Source: Macrostomum lignano
Taxonomy: Eukaryota
DNA length: 64,000 bases
Assembly (NCBI GenBank): GCA_002269645.1
Contig: NIVC01001398.1
Coordinates: 62,001-126,000 of the forward strand
Direction: 5' to 3'
Shown: in pieces, positions 37,001 to 49,200 of the stretch
Position numbering within the stretch: the stretch's first letter is position 1
How the letters are laid out: each line of letters begins with the position of its first letter
Translations under genes and position numbers: made by a program
Notes under the pieces: generated by a model
Told to the model about the DNA's origin: nothing
Database searches by the model: none
What the model saw: the letters and a program-made list of their open reading frames with translations, nothing else

Positions 37001-40000
37001 TTATGCATGCGCAGCCGTTAGTACCCGTTTCTGTACTTAAAATTTGTTATATTCTCTGTTCTAGCTTGAGCCCGTCTGAGGCGTCTCCAGGCGGGCCTGG
37101 GTAAGCCAACTCTGGTAGATGTCCCTCGCCTCACATGATGTTTAGTAAGGCCTGCCTTGCAGTTTAGTAGAGTAAAATCTTTAAACTCTAGCCAAGCACT
37201 TTCTCCTTACGATCTTGTTAGAAAATTTCCCCACGAGAATTCTCTTCCCTTCACGGCTTAAGGCGAACCAAGCAGCCTCTGCTTTTTTTACCTTCTCCTC
37301 CACGTTTTCTGCTTGTCTGCCTTCCCCTCTTTCGCCTACTAGAGAGATCTGGTGGCATTGTCTGCAGTTGCTGGTTGGCTGTTCCCCCAGCCAGCCCTAC
37401 TCACCTCCGCTCTGCTAGCCCTCTTCCCCAACGTTTTTCCCCCATTTGAGGTGTACTCCTCGCTTCCTCACTCCCCCTAATACATGCAAATTGTTGACTT
37501 TCCTCCCATTGCCGGCAGTGACTAATGCCGCCCAGCCCTTGTCCTTGCGTGCCGTTGGCTGCTATGGGGAGAGGGAGGGAGACACTTCCCATTGTTGAAG
37601 GGTGACATTGCTAAGATAGGAAATGGAAATCCCCAGCCAGCCAGAAGCCGCGGCTACAAATTGTACGCTCGCTTCTTCCGTGGATTGATTCTTTTTTTAG
37701 GCATAAAAATCTGAGACAATTTTTGCCAAAGAGGACTCCAGACTTGTAGGTTATTTAAGGTAGACTGCGATTGTAGCTATTTGTAGATCTTATATCTTAT
37801 TGAAACTAACTTCAATCTACCTTTTTATCCTTACACTAACAATAAAGCAGATTTTTATTTTGATTTTTGTACAGAAATGTTGAAAATTTATCCAAAATCT
37901 AACATTTACAAATAGATCTATTAGTATTGCTGGTTTTAAGGAGCCTACTAATCGCAAAAATGTAAGTTCTGAAGGATTCTGATAAATTGATTTCTTGGAA
38001 AATAACTACGAGCTACTTGAAGTAGAAGTCTTTTTTATCATCATAGATGCCAGGTTTCTATGGTCATAGATGTGGGTTGTTTATGCTCATAGATGCCGGT
38101 TGTTTATGGTCATAGATGCCAGCTGTTTTTGATCGTAGATGCCGGTTGTTTATGGTCATAGATGTCAGGTGTTTATGCTCATAGATGCCGGTTGTTTATG
38201 GTCATAGATGCCAGGTTTTTATGGTCATAGATGCCAGGTTTTTACGGTCATAGATTCCGGTTCTTTTATAGTCATAGATGTGGGTTTTTATGCTCATAGA
38301 TGCCGGTTGTTTATGGTCATAGATGCCAGTTGTTTATGGTCATAGATGCCGGTTGTTTATGGTCATAGATGCCAGTTGTTTATGGTCATAGATGCCGGTT
38401 GTTTATGGTCATAGATGCCGGTTGTTTATGGTCATAGATGCCAGTTGTTTATGGTCATAGATGCCGGTTGTTTATGGTCATAGATGCCGGTTGTTTATGG
38501 TCATAGATGCCAATTGTTTATGGTCATAGATGCCGGTTGTTTATGGTCATAGATGCCAGGTGTTTATGGTCATAGATGCCAGGTGTTTATGGTTATCGAC
38601 GCCGGTTGTTTATGGTCATAGATGCCGGTTATTTACAGTCCTAGATTTTAGGTGTTTATGGTCATAGATGCCAGTCTTTTTTATCATAGATGCCAGTTTA
38701 CGGTCATGGATGCCAGCTATTTATTACCATAGTAGTTACAGCCATAATAGCCGTCTATCACCTCAGAGTTAAGGAACCTAAGCTACCCATTTATTCCACT
38801 TTTCTCTTGAGCAGTCATTTCAACCGGCGCACCCAGTACGACCGGCCCACCGCGGCCTCCACCGGAGCCTCGGCCACTCTAGACGGTTCAGCAACCTCAT
38901 CCGCTTCCATGCCGCACTCGCGATCCTGCACTAACGGCCTGGCGCTCAGCAGCGGCGATTTGAGACCGGCGCGTCACGTTCGAATGGCCCCGTCCATCTC
39001 CGTGTCTGATGTGGCCTCCGTGTCCGCCCTGCCCGGTGAGTGGCTGACAATGACAGTTCTGCGTTTCTGTTAACCCAATATCCCCTGTAGCTCTCAAATC
39101 TTCCCACATCTCCAATTATCCCAATATCCTCTGTAGCTCTCCCATCTTCCCTAATCTCCATTTATCCCAATATCCCCTGTAGCTCTCCCATCTTCCCTAA
39201 TCTCCATTTATCCCAATATCCCCTGTAGCTCTCCCATCTTCCCACATCTCCATTTATCCCAATATCCCCTGTAGCTCTCCCATCTTCCCACATCTCCAAT
39301 TATCCCAACATCCTTTGTAGCTTCTCCCATCTTCCCACATCTCCAATTATCCCAACATCCTTTGTAGCTTCTCCCATCTTCCCTATCTTCGCTTCCCCTT
39401 CCCAGCTTCCCATCAATTCATGAAATGCTGAACTGTATAATTGTAAGCAACAAAAATGTTTATGCTTTAATAATATGGTACATACGACTAAGCTACTTAT
39501 AGTAGTTTCACTGCCAATCTATCATTGCAGCCGCCCGCCAAGAGCCGGTGTTCACGCCGAACCCGGCCCGCCTATGCGGACCCTTCCAGACGGTGTCGCT
39601 GGTCAAAGCGGCCACCGGCTTGGGGTTCACCATAGTTGGTGGCGGCGAGCGCGGCCAGCCGGAATTCCTCCAAGTCAAAGGCATCGTGGCCGGGGGTCCG
39701 GCGCATCGGGATGGCCGGCTGGCCACCGGCGACGTTCTGATGTTTGTCAACGATACGCTGGTGCTCGGCTTCACTCACGAGGACGTTGTGGAACTGTTCA
39801 GCTGCTTGGAGCCCGGCCGCGCCGTTGCCCTGACTGTCAGCAAGGCCTACCGCCTGCCCCGCAGTGCCAATGACCCCACAGCTCAGGTCATCACCAAGCT
39901 GGCCGTGGGTCCCGCCGGCTATGGCGGCTCCATTCAAGACGTGCAATCAGCCGCGATTCGTTCTACCAGCTCGGCCAGCAACTCGGTTGAGCTGGTCAAG

Positions 40001-40227
40001 CTGGTGCTGCCCAGGACCAACACCGGGTTCGGCTTTACCATTGCGGATTCTGCTCAGGGACAGCGGGTGCGCCTCATTGTGGAGCCCGACCGCTGCAGGG
40101 GACTGCGGGTGAGTGCGGGATCGTCTCTCGGGCTAAATCAGTGCGGCCGAATGTTTAGCCCAGAGGCTTGAAACCGTTAGCCATTTCCTATATACTCAAA
40201 TTTTAGTATAGAGCTCAATATGCCGTG

Positions 40228-40270
<43 letters not shown>

Positions 40271-42934
40271 ACCTCACAACTTCTCTTTATCTCCCATCTC
40301 TCTCTCTACCCTGAGGAAGAGCATGAAATATTCTAACTATCGCCACTTCGCTTAAACAGCTGCGTTATCGCGTCAGTGCTTTTGAGTTTGAGAACTCTTC
40401 CAACTCTTTCTCTCTCCGTAGCTAAGCAGTGTTTTTTAAGTTAAGCAAATTTGGTCGTGGATAGTACGCAGCTGTATAGACTTATTAAGCTGCGGTAGAA
40501 ATATACAGTGGAAGTATTTACACCATGCTGTACAATGCACAAAGTTGAGGCAGTTCCAGGACACCCACTGTGATTGTTAAAGCAAGCCCTGATTGATCCA
40601 CGCAAAACTTAACTAATTAACTCGTAGTATTGACTACTCATTTATAATTGAATAGTAAGCCAGGCTCCTCATTTGCAATGCACTGAAATTACTACTCAGT
40701 CTCGGGGCAAAATGCAGTCTTATTTATGACACCTTTGAGTCTCTGACGCCCTGTTTTACAACTTAAACAGCATATGTTAACTATGCTACTGTTAGTAGAG
40801 TAGTTTAGACTAGTTTTCATAATGATTTAAATTTCCGATTTTCCCCTCTAACGTAGACTGGAGACATTCTAGTGGAGATCAATGCCCGCCGAGTCAAGGA
40901 GCTGCCGCATGCCGACGTTGTCCGGATCCTTAGCGACTGTCCCGTCGGCTCCGATGCCACCTTCCTGCTGCAGCGCGGCTGCCCCACCCTGACCAGCGCC
41001 GACCTTGCATCCTCCTCCGCCTCCTCCTCCTCTGCCGCCGCTGCGGTCGCTACCGTTGCTTCGGCAGCCGCCGCCGCTGCTTCCAATCGTTCGGCTCCGT
41101 CGCCAATGCCACCAGTGCTGACTGGCAAAGGCCAGGAGTCTGGGCGGGCTTCCGCGACTGCCGCTGTCACCAGCAGCTCGACTAGTGAGTGCTCTCTGTG
41201 CTTGATTTGAATCAGTTAATTCTGTATTATTGCAATGAGATTGAGTGAGATTTTGACCATTGAAGTGTGAGATTGGGTGAGATCTTAACGACTCAAATAT
41301 GAGATTTTGACCATAGAAAATTAGAGTGTGAGGTGGGTGAGATTTTGACCCATGTAAGTGTGGTATTGGGTGAGATTTTGACCATAGTGTGAGATTGGGT
41401 GAGATTTTGACCCACGATAGTGTGAGATTGGATAAGAATTTGACCACTGAAAGGTGAGATTTTGACCATCAAAGTGTGAGATTGGGTGAGATTCTTACCA
41501 TCAAAATGTGAGATTGAGTGAGATTTTGACCCATGAAAGTGTAAAATTGGGTAAGATTTTGACCATTGAAGTATGAGATTGTGTGAGATTTTGACCATCA
41601 GAGTTGAGTGTGAGACTGAGTAAGATTTTGACCATCAAAGTATGAGATTGAGTGAGATTTTGACCATCAAAGTATGAGATTGAGTGAGATTTTGACCATT
41701 GAAGTGTGAGATTGAGTGAGATTTTGACCATTGAAGTGTGAGATTGAGTGAGATTTTGACCTATGAAAGTGTGAGATTGGGTGAGAATTCAGTTGGCACG
41801 GGATTACAGTCTGAAGTCCGAGATGGGATAACTTGAACTGAAAGTGCTAATTTACCTATAATCCCTCTACCGCGCCCAGGCACTTTCGGTCCTCCCGGCT
41901 CCACAGCCACTCTGAGCAAGTCCGCCAGCTCAACTCGGCACTCGTCGTCCAGCGGCGGCAGCGAGTTCGTCCGCCGCGGCATCCTTCGATCCTCTCGGCC
42001 CGAGGCTTCAACCATCGTGCAGCATCAGCAGCACGTGGTCGCCTTCCCCACCAGCCAGCGGCCCAGCCCGCCAGCCAACGGTAACCATGGCAACAGCAGC
42101 AATGGCAACAGCCGCGACGTAACTGTCGCCCGCGCACCAGACGAAGGCTTCGGCTTCGTGATAGTCAGCGCCGTCACTCGCCAACCGGACGGCACCTCCG
42201 ACATTGGCGAATTTGTCGGCGAAGTTGTTCAAGGCTCACCGGCTTCCCGCTGCCTGCGCAAAGGCGACCGAATCTTGGCCGTGAACGGCACCGACGTGGC
42301 CCGCCTGCACCACGAGGACATTGTGGCAATCGTGCGGGAGAGCGGTCTGGCTGTCACCCTCACCATCGGTCCGCCGGCCCCTGCCGCTCAGGCCGGCGCC
42401 ATTGCAGCCGCTGCTGCCGCTGCCGCCGCAGCGTCCACCGCTTCCGGTGGCGGCAGCGTCGGCCGAGCCAGCTTCAGCTCGGTTGCGTCAACCGGCGATT
42501 CGTCGACTGCCGCGGCGGCGGCCGGCAGGCAGAGCGGTGGCGGCGGAGGCGGCGGTGGCAGCTTGAAGATCCTACCTACAGCGGCAGCCTCCTCTACGGC
42601 TGGAGCCGCCAGCAGCTGCGAAGAGTTCGAAGTCGAGCTCCGCCGCACGGTGAAGGGCTTCGGCTTCTCCATCCGCGGCGGCGCCGAGTTCAACCAGATG
42701 CCGTTCTACGTGCTGCGCATCGCCGATGGCGGCGGCGCCGCCGAGAATGGCCGCCTGCGCGTCGGCGACGAGATTCTGGCCATCGGCGGGCGGAGCCTTC
42801 GGGGCCTCACTCACACAGAGGCTGTACAAGTAATCCGCGGTGCCGGCGACGCTTTGCGGCTCCGATGCCGGCGGGGCAGCGGCGGCCCAGCAAACGGCGG
42901 CGCACCGGCTGCGCCTTCCGAGTCGTCGGCTTAA
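34098..42934 (+). CDS. MAGI: MAGI (membrane-associated guanylate kinase, inverted): PDZ0-GK-WW-PDZ1-PDZ2-PDZ4-PDZ5; exons 34098-34951, 38815-39035, 39531-40108, 40857-41184, 41880-42934 (1011 aa from ATG 34098; an in-frame acceptor at 34041 may extend the N-terminus)
   Basis: MAGI-specific motifs GGAENG, GDILLEVQG, LQSVVRDNLY, GVDYAF, GNRYGTP; WW LPAGWERVVDPKYGVFYI|DHFNRRTQY; PDZ loops GLGFTIVGG, GFGFTIAD, GFGFVIVS, GFGFSIRGG; all junctions GT-AG and in phase (3036 nt). Confidence 0.93.
35060..36790. repeat. 19-bp minisatellite (GCTGGATAGCGGAGAATGT), ~1.7 kb, MAGI intron 1
   Basis: About 90 highly homogeneous units. Confidence 0.99.
38040..38710. repeat. 23-bp minisatellite (ATAGATGCCGGTTGTTTATGGTC), MAGI intron 1
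   Basis: Direct reading. Confidence 0.97.
39075..39385. repeat. ~46-bp minisatellite, MAGI intron 2
   Basis: Unit ATCCCAATATCCCCTGTAGCTCTCCCATCTTCCCTAATCTCCATTT. Confidence 0.93.
41235..41790. repeat. ~32-bp minisatellite (GAGATTTTGACCATCAAAGTGTGAGATTGAGT), MAGI intron 4
   Basis: Direct reading. Confidence 0.95.
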
Positions 42935-43109
42935 CGATAATTGAGCCGTGTCTTTACTTGAAAGCGCCATAATAGTTAAAATTGGTGAACTTTTCCAAAG
43001 AATTTAGTAAACTTCAATAACTCTTCAAAGAGTGTCCTCTAATGCTTAAGTTTGTGTGGCGTTGGCGCCAAAAATTAGAGGTATCTGGCACCAAAATGTG
43101 CGAAAGTTG

Positions 43110-43625
43110 GCGCCAAAAGATGATTTAGGGAGGCGTCAAAGAATGATGTAGGGATGCGCCGAAAAGATGATGAGTGCCTAGGGAGGCACTAAAGAGATAA
43201 TGTAGGGAGGCGCCAAAAGAAGATGATGTAGAGAGGCGCCAAAGAGATGATGTAGGGAGGCGCCAAAGAGATAATGTAGGGAGGCGCCAAAGAGATAATG
43301 TAGGGAGGCACTAAAGAGATAATGTAGGGAGGCGCCAAAGAGATGATGTAGGGAGGCGCCAAAGAGATTATGTAGGGAGGCGCCAAAGAGATGATGTAGG
43401 GAGGCACTAAAGAGATAATGTAGGGAGGCGCCAAAGAGATAATGTAGGGAGGCGCCAAAGAGATAATGTAGGGAGGCGCCAAAGAGATGATGTAGGGAGG
43501 CACTAAAGAGATAATGTAGGGAGGCGCCAAAGAGATAATGTAGGGAGGCACCAAAAGATAATGTAGGGAGGCGCCAAAGAGATAATGTAGGGAGGCGCCA
43601 TAGAGATGACGTAGGGAGGCACCAA
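43110..43625. repeat. 24-bp minisatellite (GGGAGGCGCCAAAGAGATAATGTA) downstream of the MAGI stop
   Basis: Direct reading. Confidence 0.96.
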
Positions 43626-44173
43626 AGACCCACAAAATGATGTATTGAGGTGCCAAATAGATGATGTAGATGTAGAAAGGCGCAAAACAGTTGGTTCGAA
43701 CTCACAGCGCTACAAAATAATTCAGCGTTCAGGCTTTAACAGTTAAATTGGCGGCTGTGCCTTCAGTGTCCATTGTGTATGTACCAGCCTAATGGCGTAG
43801 TATCTGTACAAGCAGTGCTCATTTCAGCTGTACATAAAAACCACATCATCTTTTGTATATAAAACTGGCATGCGTTTTTTTTAAACTGCACTTCCTGTTC
43901 CGGTTCGAATCTGATCAAAAACCTCATTGTTAAAGTTTGAATAAAATTCATCTGGATCTGTCTGACTTCTTTGTGTCGCATTTAAGTCGCATGAATTTTA
44001 TTAATTTTTTCCTTCTCTCTCATTTCCCCGCGCGACACCGTTTTTAGCAATGCAGCAACCGTTTCGTTCGTTCGTTCGTATTTTAATTTTTTTGGTATAG
44101 AAAAACATGCCTCCTTTGCATGTTTGACCTTTCGCACTCTTGAGATTTGCTGCTCGAAATGAAACTCTTAACC

Positions 44174-45152
44174 CGAGGGTCAGCAAACTTTTGAAGCTCC
44201 TCTTGGTTGGTTGGTGTCTCTTTTCAGCTCTTCTTTTCTCTCCTCTCTCTCCTCTCTTCTCGCTTCTCTCCACTCCCTTCTCTTCTCAGGCTCCCCTCTC
44301 CTCTTTCTACCCTCTGCTCTCTACTCTCTCCCCTCTTCTCTCTCCTCTCCTCTCCCCTCTCTCCACTCTCCACCCTCTACCCTCCCTTCTCTCCCCTCTC
44401 TCCACTCTCCACCCTCTACCCTCCCTCCTCTCCCCTCTCTCCACTCTCCACCCTCTACCCTCCCTCCTCTCCCCTCTCTCCACTCTCCCCTCTCTCCACT
44501 CTCCACCCTCTACCCTCCCTCCTCTCCCCTCTCTCCACTCTCCACCCTCTACCCTCCCTCCTCTCCTCTCTCTCCACTCTCCCCTCTCTCCACTCTCCAC
44601 CGTCTACCCTCCCTCCTCTCCCCTCTCTCCACTCTCCCCTCTCTCCACTCTCCACCCTCTACCCTCCCTCCTCTCCTCTCTCTCCACTCTCCCCTCTCTC
44701 CACTCTCCACCGTCTACCCTCCCTCCTCTCCCCTCTCTCCACTCTCCACCCTCTACCCTCCCTCCTCTCCTCTCTCTCCACTCTCCCCTCTCTCCACTCT
44801 CCACCGTCTACCCTCCCTCCTCTCCCCTCTCTCCACTCTCCACCCTCTACCCTCCCTCCTCTCCTCTCTCTCCACTCTCCCCTCTCTCCACTCTCCACCG
44901 TCTACCCTCCCTCCTCTCCCCTCTCTCCACTCTCCACCCTCTACCCTCCCTCCTCTCCTCTCTCTCCACTCTCCCCTCTCTCCACTCTCCACCGTCTACC
45001 CTCCCTCCTCTCCCCTCTCTCCACTCTCCACCCTCTACCCTCCCTTCTCTCCCCTTTTCTCTCCCATCTTCTCCCATCTCTCATCTTCTATTCCGCAGCC
45101 AAGAGCTGGATTTTTATCTGGCCCATGAAGTACAACAGTTTGTCGACCCCTG
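44174..45152. mobile_element. hAT-derived non-autonomous element whose body is a CT-rich tandem array
   Basis: Ends CGAGGGTCAGCAAACT and AGTTTGTCGACCCCTG (Charlie-like 16-bp TIR, 12/16 match); 8-bp TSD TCTTAACC/TCTTAACT. Confidence 0.72.
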
Positions 45153-45814
45153 TCTTAACTCCTGAAGCTTCTTTGTCTTCGCGTCTGTCGGTTTGTAATG
45201 AAGTTTTTCTTAGAAATATTCCACCACAGCTGCTGGTGTTTTTTTCAACACGTTAATTCCGTCATTTTCCTTTCGAATTTTTGCTTTACATAACTGACCG
45301 CTTTTTTCTTTGCTTTAAGTTTGGCGTTTGTTTCAGCTTCAGGTAGAAGTCCCTGTCTAGCATAGCATGTATCCATCACACTGTCTGGTGTAGCTCTTGT
45401 GCGTCTTCTTCTTTTGCGTTTTCTTTTATTTGTGAATGAAAGTTTTTTTTGGCACACCTTTTTATATTTATATACATCTATAAATATGGTTTATTTAATT
45501 TTATAGTCGATCAATTCTGATTGCTAGAATCACCGCCTAATAATGAAACCATGTTTATGTTTTTACTCAACTGGACTCTTGTCTGCTCCACAAGCTTTGT
45601 TAATACTAGTAATTATATTGTTTATGAAATTATATTTATATCTATACATACTATTATAGTAAAATTTGATTGCGATAAAAATGTGGCTCCTGGTTCGATC
45701 CTGGGTGTGTTCTTTCATTTTCTGTTGCTAACGGGCATGATGATGTAAAAGTGCGTCTCAGACATTCGCTTTGCTGCTGAGCTGCATGGATTTCGTGGCT
45801 TTATCTATTATTTA

Positions 45815-46180
45815 AGATCAGGATCTGGGATTTCAGATTGAGATTTTGAATTTCAGATTTAGATTTGGGATCTAGGATATCAGATAGTCCAATATACTAA
45901 ATAGGGATCTAAGATTTTAGATAGGGATTTGGGATTTAAGATTTCATATTGGGATTTGGAATTTCAGATTGGGATCTGGGATTTCAGATTGGAATCTGGG
46001 ATTTCAGATTGGGATTTCAGATTGGGATTTTAGATTCGGATCTAGGATTTCATATTGGGATTTTGAATTTCAGATTGGGATCTGGGATTTCAGATTAGGA
46101 TTTGGGATCTGGGATTTCAGATAGGAATTTGATTTCAGATTGGGATCTGGAATTTCAGATTAGGATTTGGGATCTGGGAA
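45815..46180. repeat. Degenerate ~20-bp minisatellite (GATTTCAGATTGGGATCTGG) upstream of ADCK5
   Basis: Direct reading. Confidence 0.9.
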
Positions 46181-46297
46181 TTACAAGGACTCTGGAAGCA
46201 GACCATTGTTTTGCCCCGAATCAGTTAAACTCTCACATTTGTTTATGCTTGAGACTAGCGCCTACATATTAATAGATATATTTTCTAAACCGAAATT

Positions 46298-49200
46298 ATG
46301 AGCGGCCGAATGCGTTCAGTTGCCATGGCAACCGTTGGCATTGGCGCCGTAACTGCGGCGGCCGCCACGGTAGCGACGTCGTCGGTCCCGCCGCAGGGCG
46401 CCGGCTGGTTCCGGTTCGCCAACACGGCGCGGCACGGCGCTGTGGTGGCGCTGGACTACAAGCTCAGCCTGCTGCTCCTGACCGAGGGCTCGCCTGAGTA
46501 CGACCGCGCCCTGCACCGCTGCCACTCCCGGGCCGCCGACCGCATCCTGGCCGGCTGTCTGCAGAACGGCGGCCTGTACATCAAGCTGGGCCAGGGCCTG
46601 TGCGCCATGAACCACATCCTGCCCGCTGAGTACGGCGCCAAGCTGCGCCTGCTGCAGAACGAGGCGCTGCGAAGGAAGAAGCACGACCTGGACCGGATCT
46701 TCGCCGAGGATTTGGGCACATCGCCGGAGGCCGCCTTCGCTAGCTTCGATCGGCAGCCGTGCGCCTCGGCTAGCATTGCCGATGTGCACCGGTGCGAAAG
46801 GGGTGTAACCCGGGCAGGTGGCAGGGGTGCATGTAGTTAGAGTAGGGGACAATTGATGTCATTGTGGGGTGCGGGTAATTAGGGCAGGTGATAATTGATG
46901 TCATTGTGGGGTGCGGGTAATTAGGGCAGGTAATAATTGATGTCAGTGCGGGTAATTAGGGCAGGTAATAATTGATGTTAGTGTGGGTTGCGGGTAATTA
47001 GAGCAGGTGATAATTGATGCCAGCAGGGGTGCTGGTAATTAGAGCAGGTGATAATTGATGTTAGTGTGGGGTGAGGGTAATTAGAGCAGGTGATAATTGA
47101 TGTCAGTGTGGGGTGCGGGTAATTAGGGCAGGTGATAATTGATGTTAGTCTGAGGTGCGGGTAATTAGGGCAGGTGATAATTGATGTCATTGTGGGGGTG
47201 CGGGTAATTAGAGCAGGTGATAATTGATGTCATTGTGGGGTGCGGGTAATTAGGGCTTAGGGCAGGTGATAATTGATGTCAGTGCGGGGGTGCGGGTAAT
47301 TAGAGCAGGTGATAATTGATGTCAGTGTGGGGTGCGGGTAATTAGGGCAGGTGATAATTGATGTCAGTGCGGGTAATTAGAGCAGGTGATAATTGATGTC
47401 ATTGTGGGGTGCGAGTAATTAGGGCAGGTGATAATTGATGTTAGTCTGAGGTGCGGGTAATTAGGGCAGGTGATAATTGATGTTAGTCTGGGGTGCAGGT
47501 AATTAGGGCAGGTGATAATTGATGTCATTGTGGGGTGCGGGTAATTACGGCAGGTGATAATTGATGTCAGTGCGGGTAATTAGGGCAGGTAATAATTGAT
47601 GTCAGTGTGGGGTTCGGGTAATTAGGGCAGGTAATAATTGATGCCAGCAGGGGTGCTGGTAATTAAAGCAGGGGATAATTGATATCAGTGTGGGGTGCGG
47701 GTAATTAGGGCTGGTGATACTTATAGTCAGTTGAAGGTGTGTGCTAATATAACAGGTAATAATTGATAAAAGCTTGGTGTGTCTACATGTAATTGGAGCC
47801 GTTAAAACTGATTGCCTAATTTGGTTGAGCATAAATAACAATAATATAATCATTCAATATTTTGCAGCGCTGTGACCCAGTCTGGCCAGCCCGTGGCAGT
47901 CAAGGTGCAGCACGGCGACCTGCGCGGCCGCTTCCCCTCGGACATTCGCACCCTGGAGCTGCTGCTGCGATTCGTCGGCCTGCTGCACCCGGACTTCAAT
48001 TTCGCCTGGGTGCTGGCCGATCTCAAAGACACCCTCGCTCAGGAGTTGGACTTCGAGAATGAGGCGGCCAACGCTGAGCGATGCGCGACCGATTTGAAGG
48101 GGCTGGCCGCGGTCCCGAGGGTGCACCGGGGACTCATCAGCAAGAGAGTGCTCACCATGGACTGGATTGACGGCGTCAAGGTGAGCGCTGAGCTTCGAGA
48201 GTTGGGGAAGCGGTTAAAAAGAGAAGAGATGAATTGAGGGGAGAGAAGAGATTAAGGGAGGGGAGAGAAGGAATGAAGGGAGGGGAGAGAAGAGATGAAG
48301 GGAGGGGAGAAAAGGAATGAAGGGAGGGGAGAGAAGAGATGAAGGGAGGGGAGAGAAGAGATGAAGGAAGAGGAGAGAAGAGATGAAGGGAGGGGAGAGA
48401 AGAGATGAAGGGAGGGGAGAGAAGAGATGAAGTCAGAGGAGAGAAGAGTTTCAGGACAGAGAACTCAGTTGAGCTGTCAATAAAGACTCCAGCCGCTCTC
48501 GCCCCCGGCGCAGATCAACGACAAAGCCGGCATTCAGTCGCTGGGCCTGTCGCTCACCGACGTCGACAACCAGCTGGTGCGAGTCTCGGCCCGCCAGATC
48601 TTCGGCACCGGCTTCGTCCACGCCGACCCGCACCCGGGCAACATTCTGGTGCGCAGGTCGGCGACGCGGCCCGGCAGGCCGGAGCTGGTGGTGCTGGACC
48701 ACGGCCTGTACCAGCGGCTGAGCAAGTCGGAGCGCCTGGGGCTCTCCAAGCTGTACGCCGCGGCGCTGTGGCAGGACGATGCGGCGGCGAAGGCGTACGC
48801 CGCCGAGTTGGGCGTGTCGGACCATCGGACCCTGTGCGAGATCCTGCTGCAGCGGCCCGTGCTGAGCGGCGCCGGAGCGGCCAGGTCGCTTGCTTTTTTA
48901 TGCTTGAGTCTTGAGTCTCCCTAGTCTCACATTGGTCTTACCTTTCAATCTCACCTCAGTCTCAACTTTCAATCTCACCTCAGTCTCAACTTTCAATCTC
49001 ACCTCAGTCTCAACTTTCAATCTCACCTCAGTCTCAACTTTCAATCTCACCTCAGTCTCACCTTTTCATCTCACCCCAGTCTCACCTTTCAATCTCACTC
49101 GAGTCTGACCTTTCAATCTCATCTCAGTGTCACCTTTCAATCTCACTCAAGTCTCACCTTTTAATAACATCCCAGTCTCGTCTTTCAATCTCATCTCTCA

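Noticed and set aside
44140-45256. Pro/Ser/Leu-rich ORFs of 300-350 aa resembling extensin or mucin
   Set aside because: Translation of the CT array inside a hAT MITE.
45245-45457. Basic NLS-like ORF (KRKRKRRRR)
   Set aside because: No splice or start context and no family match recognised; probably a TE fragment or low complexity.
46850-47710. Recurrent TTAGGG suggesting interstitial telomere, and possible G-quadruplexes
   Set aside because: One hexamer per 42-bp unit, never in tandem; G-runs are too widely spaced for a confident G4 call.
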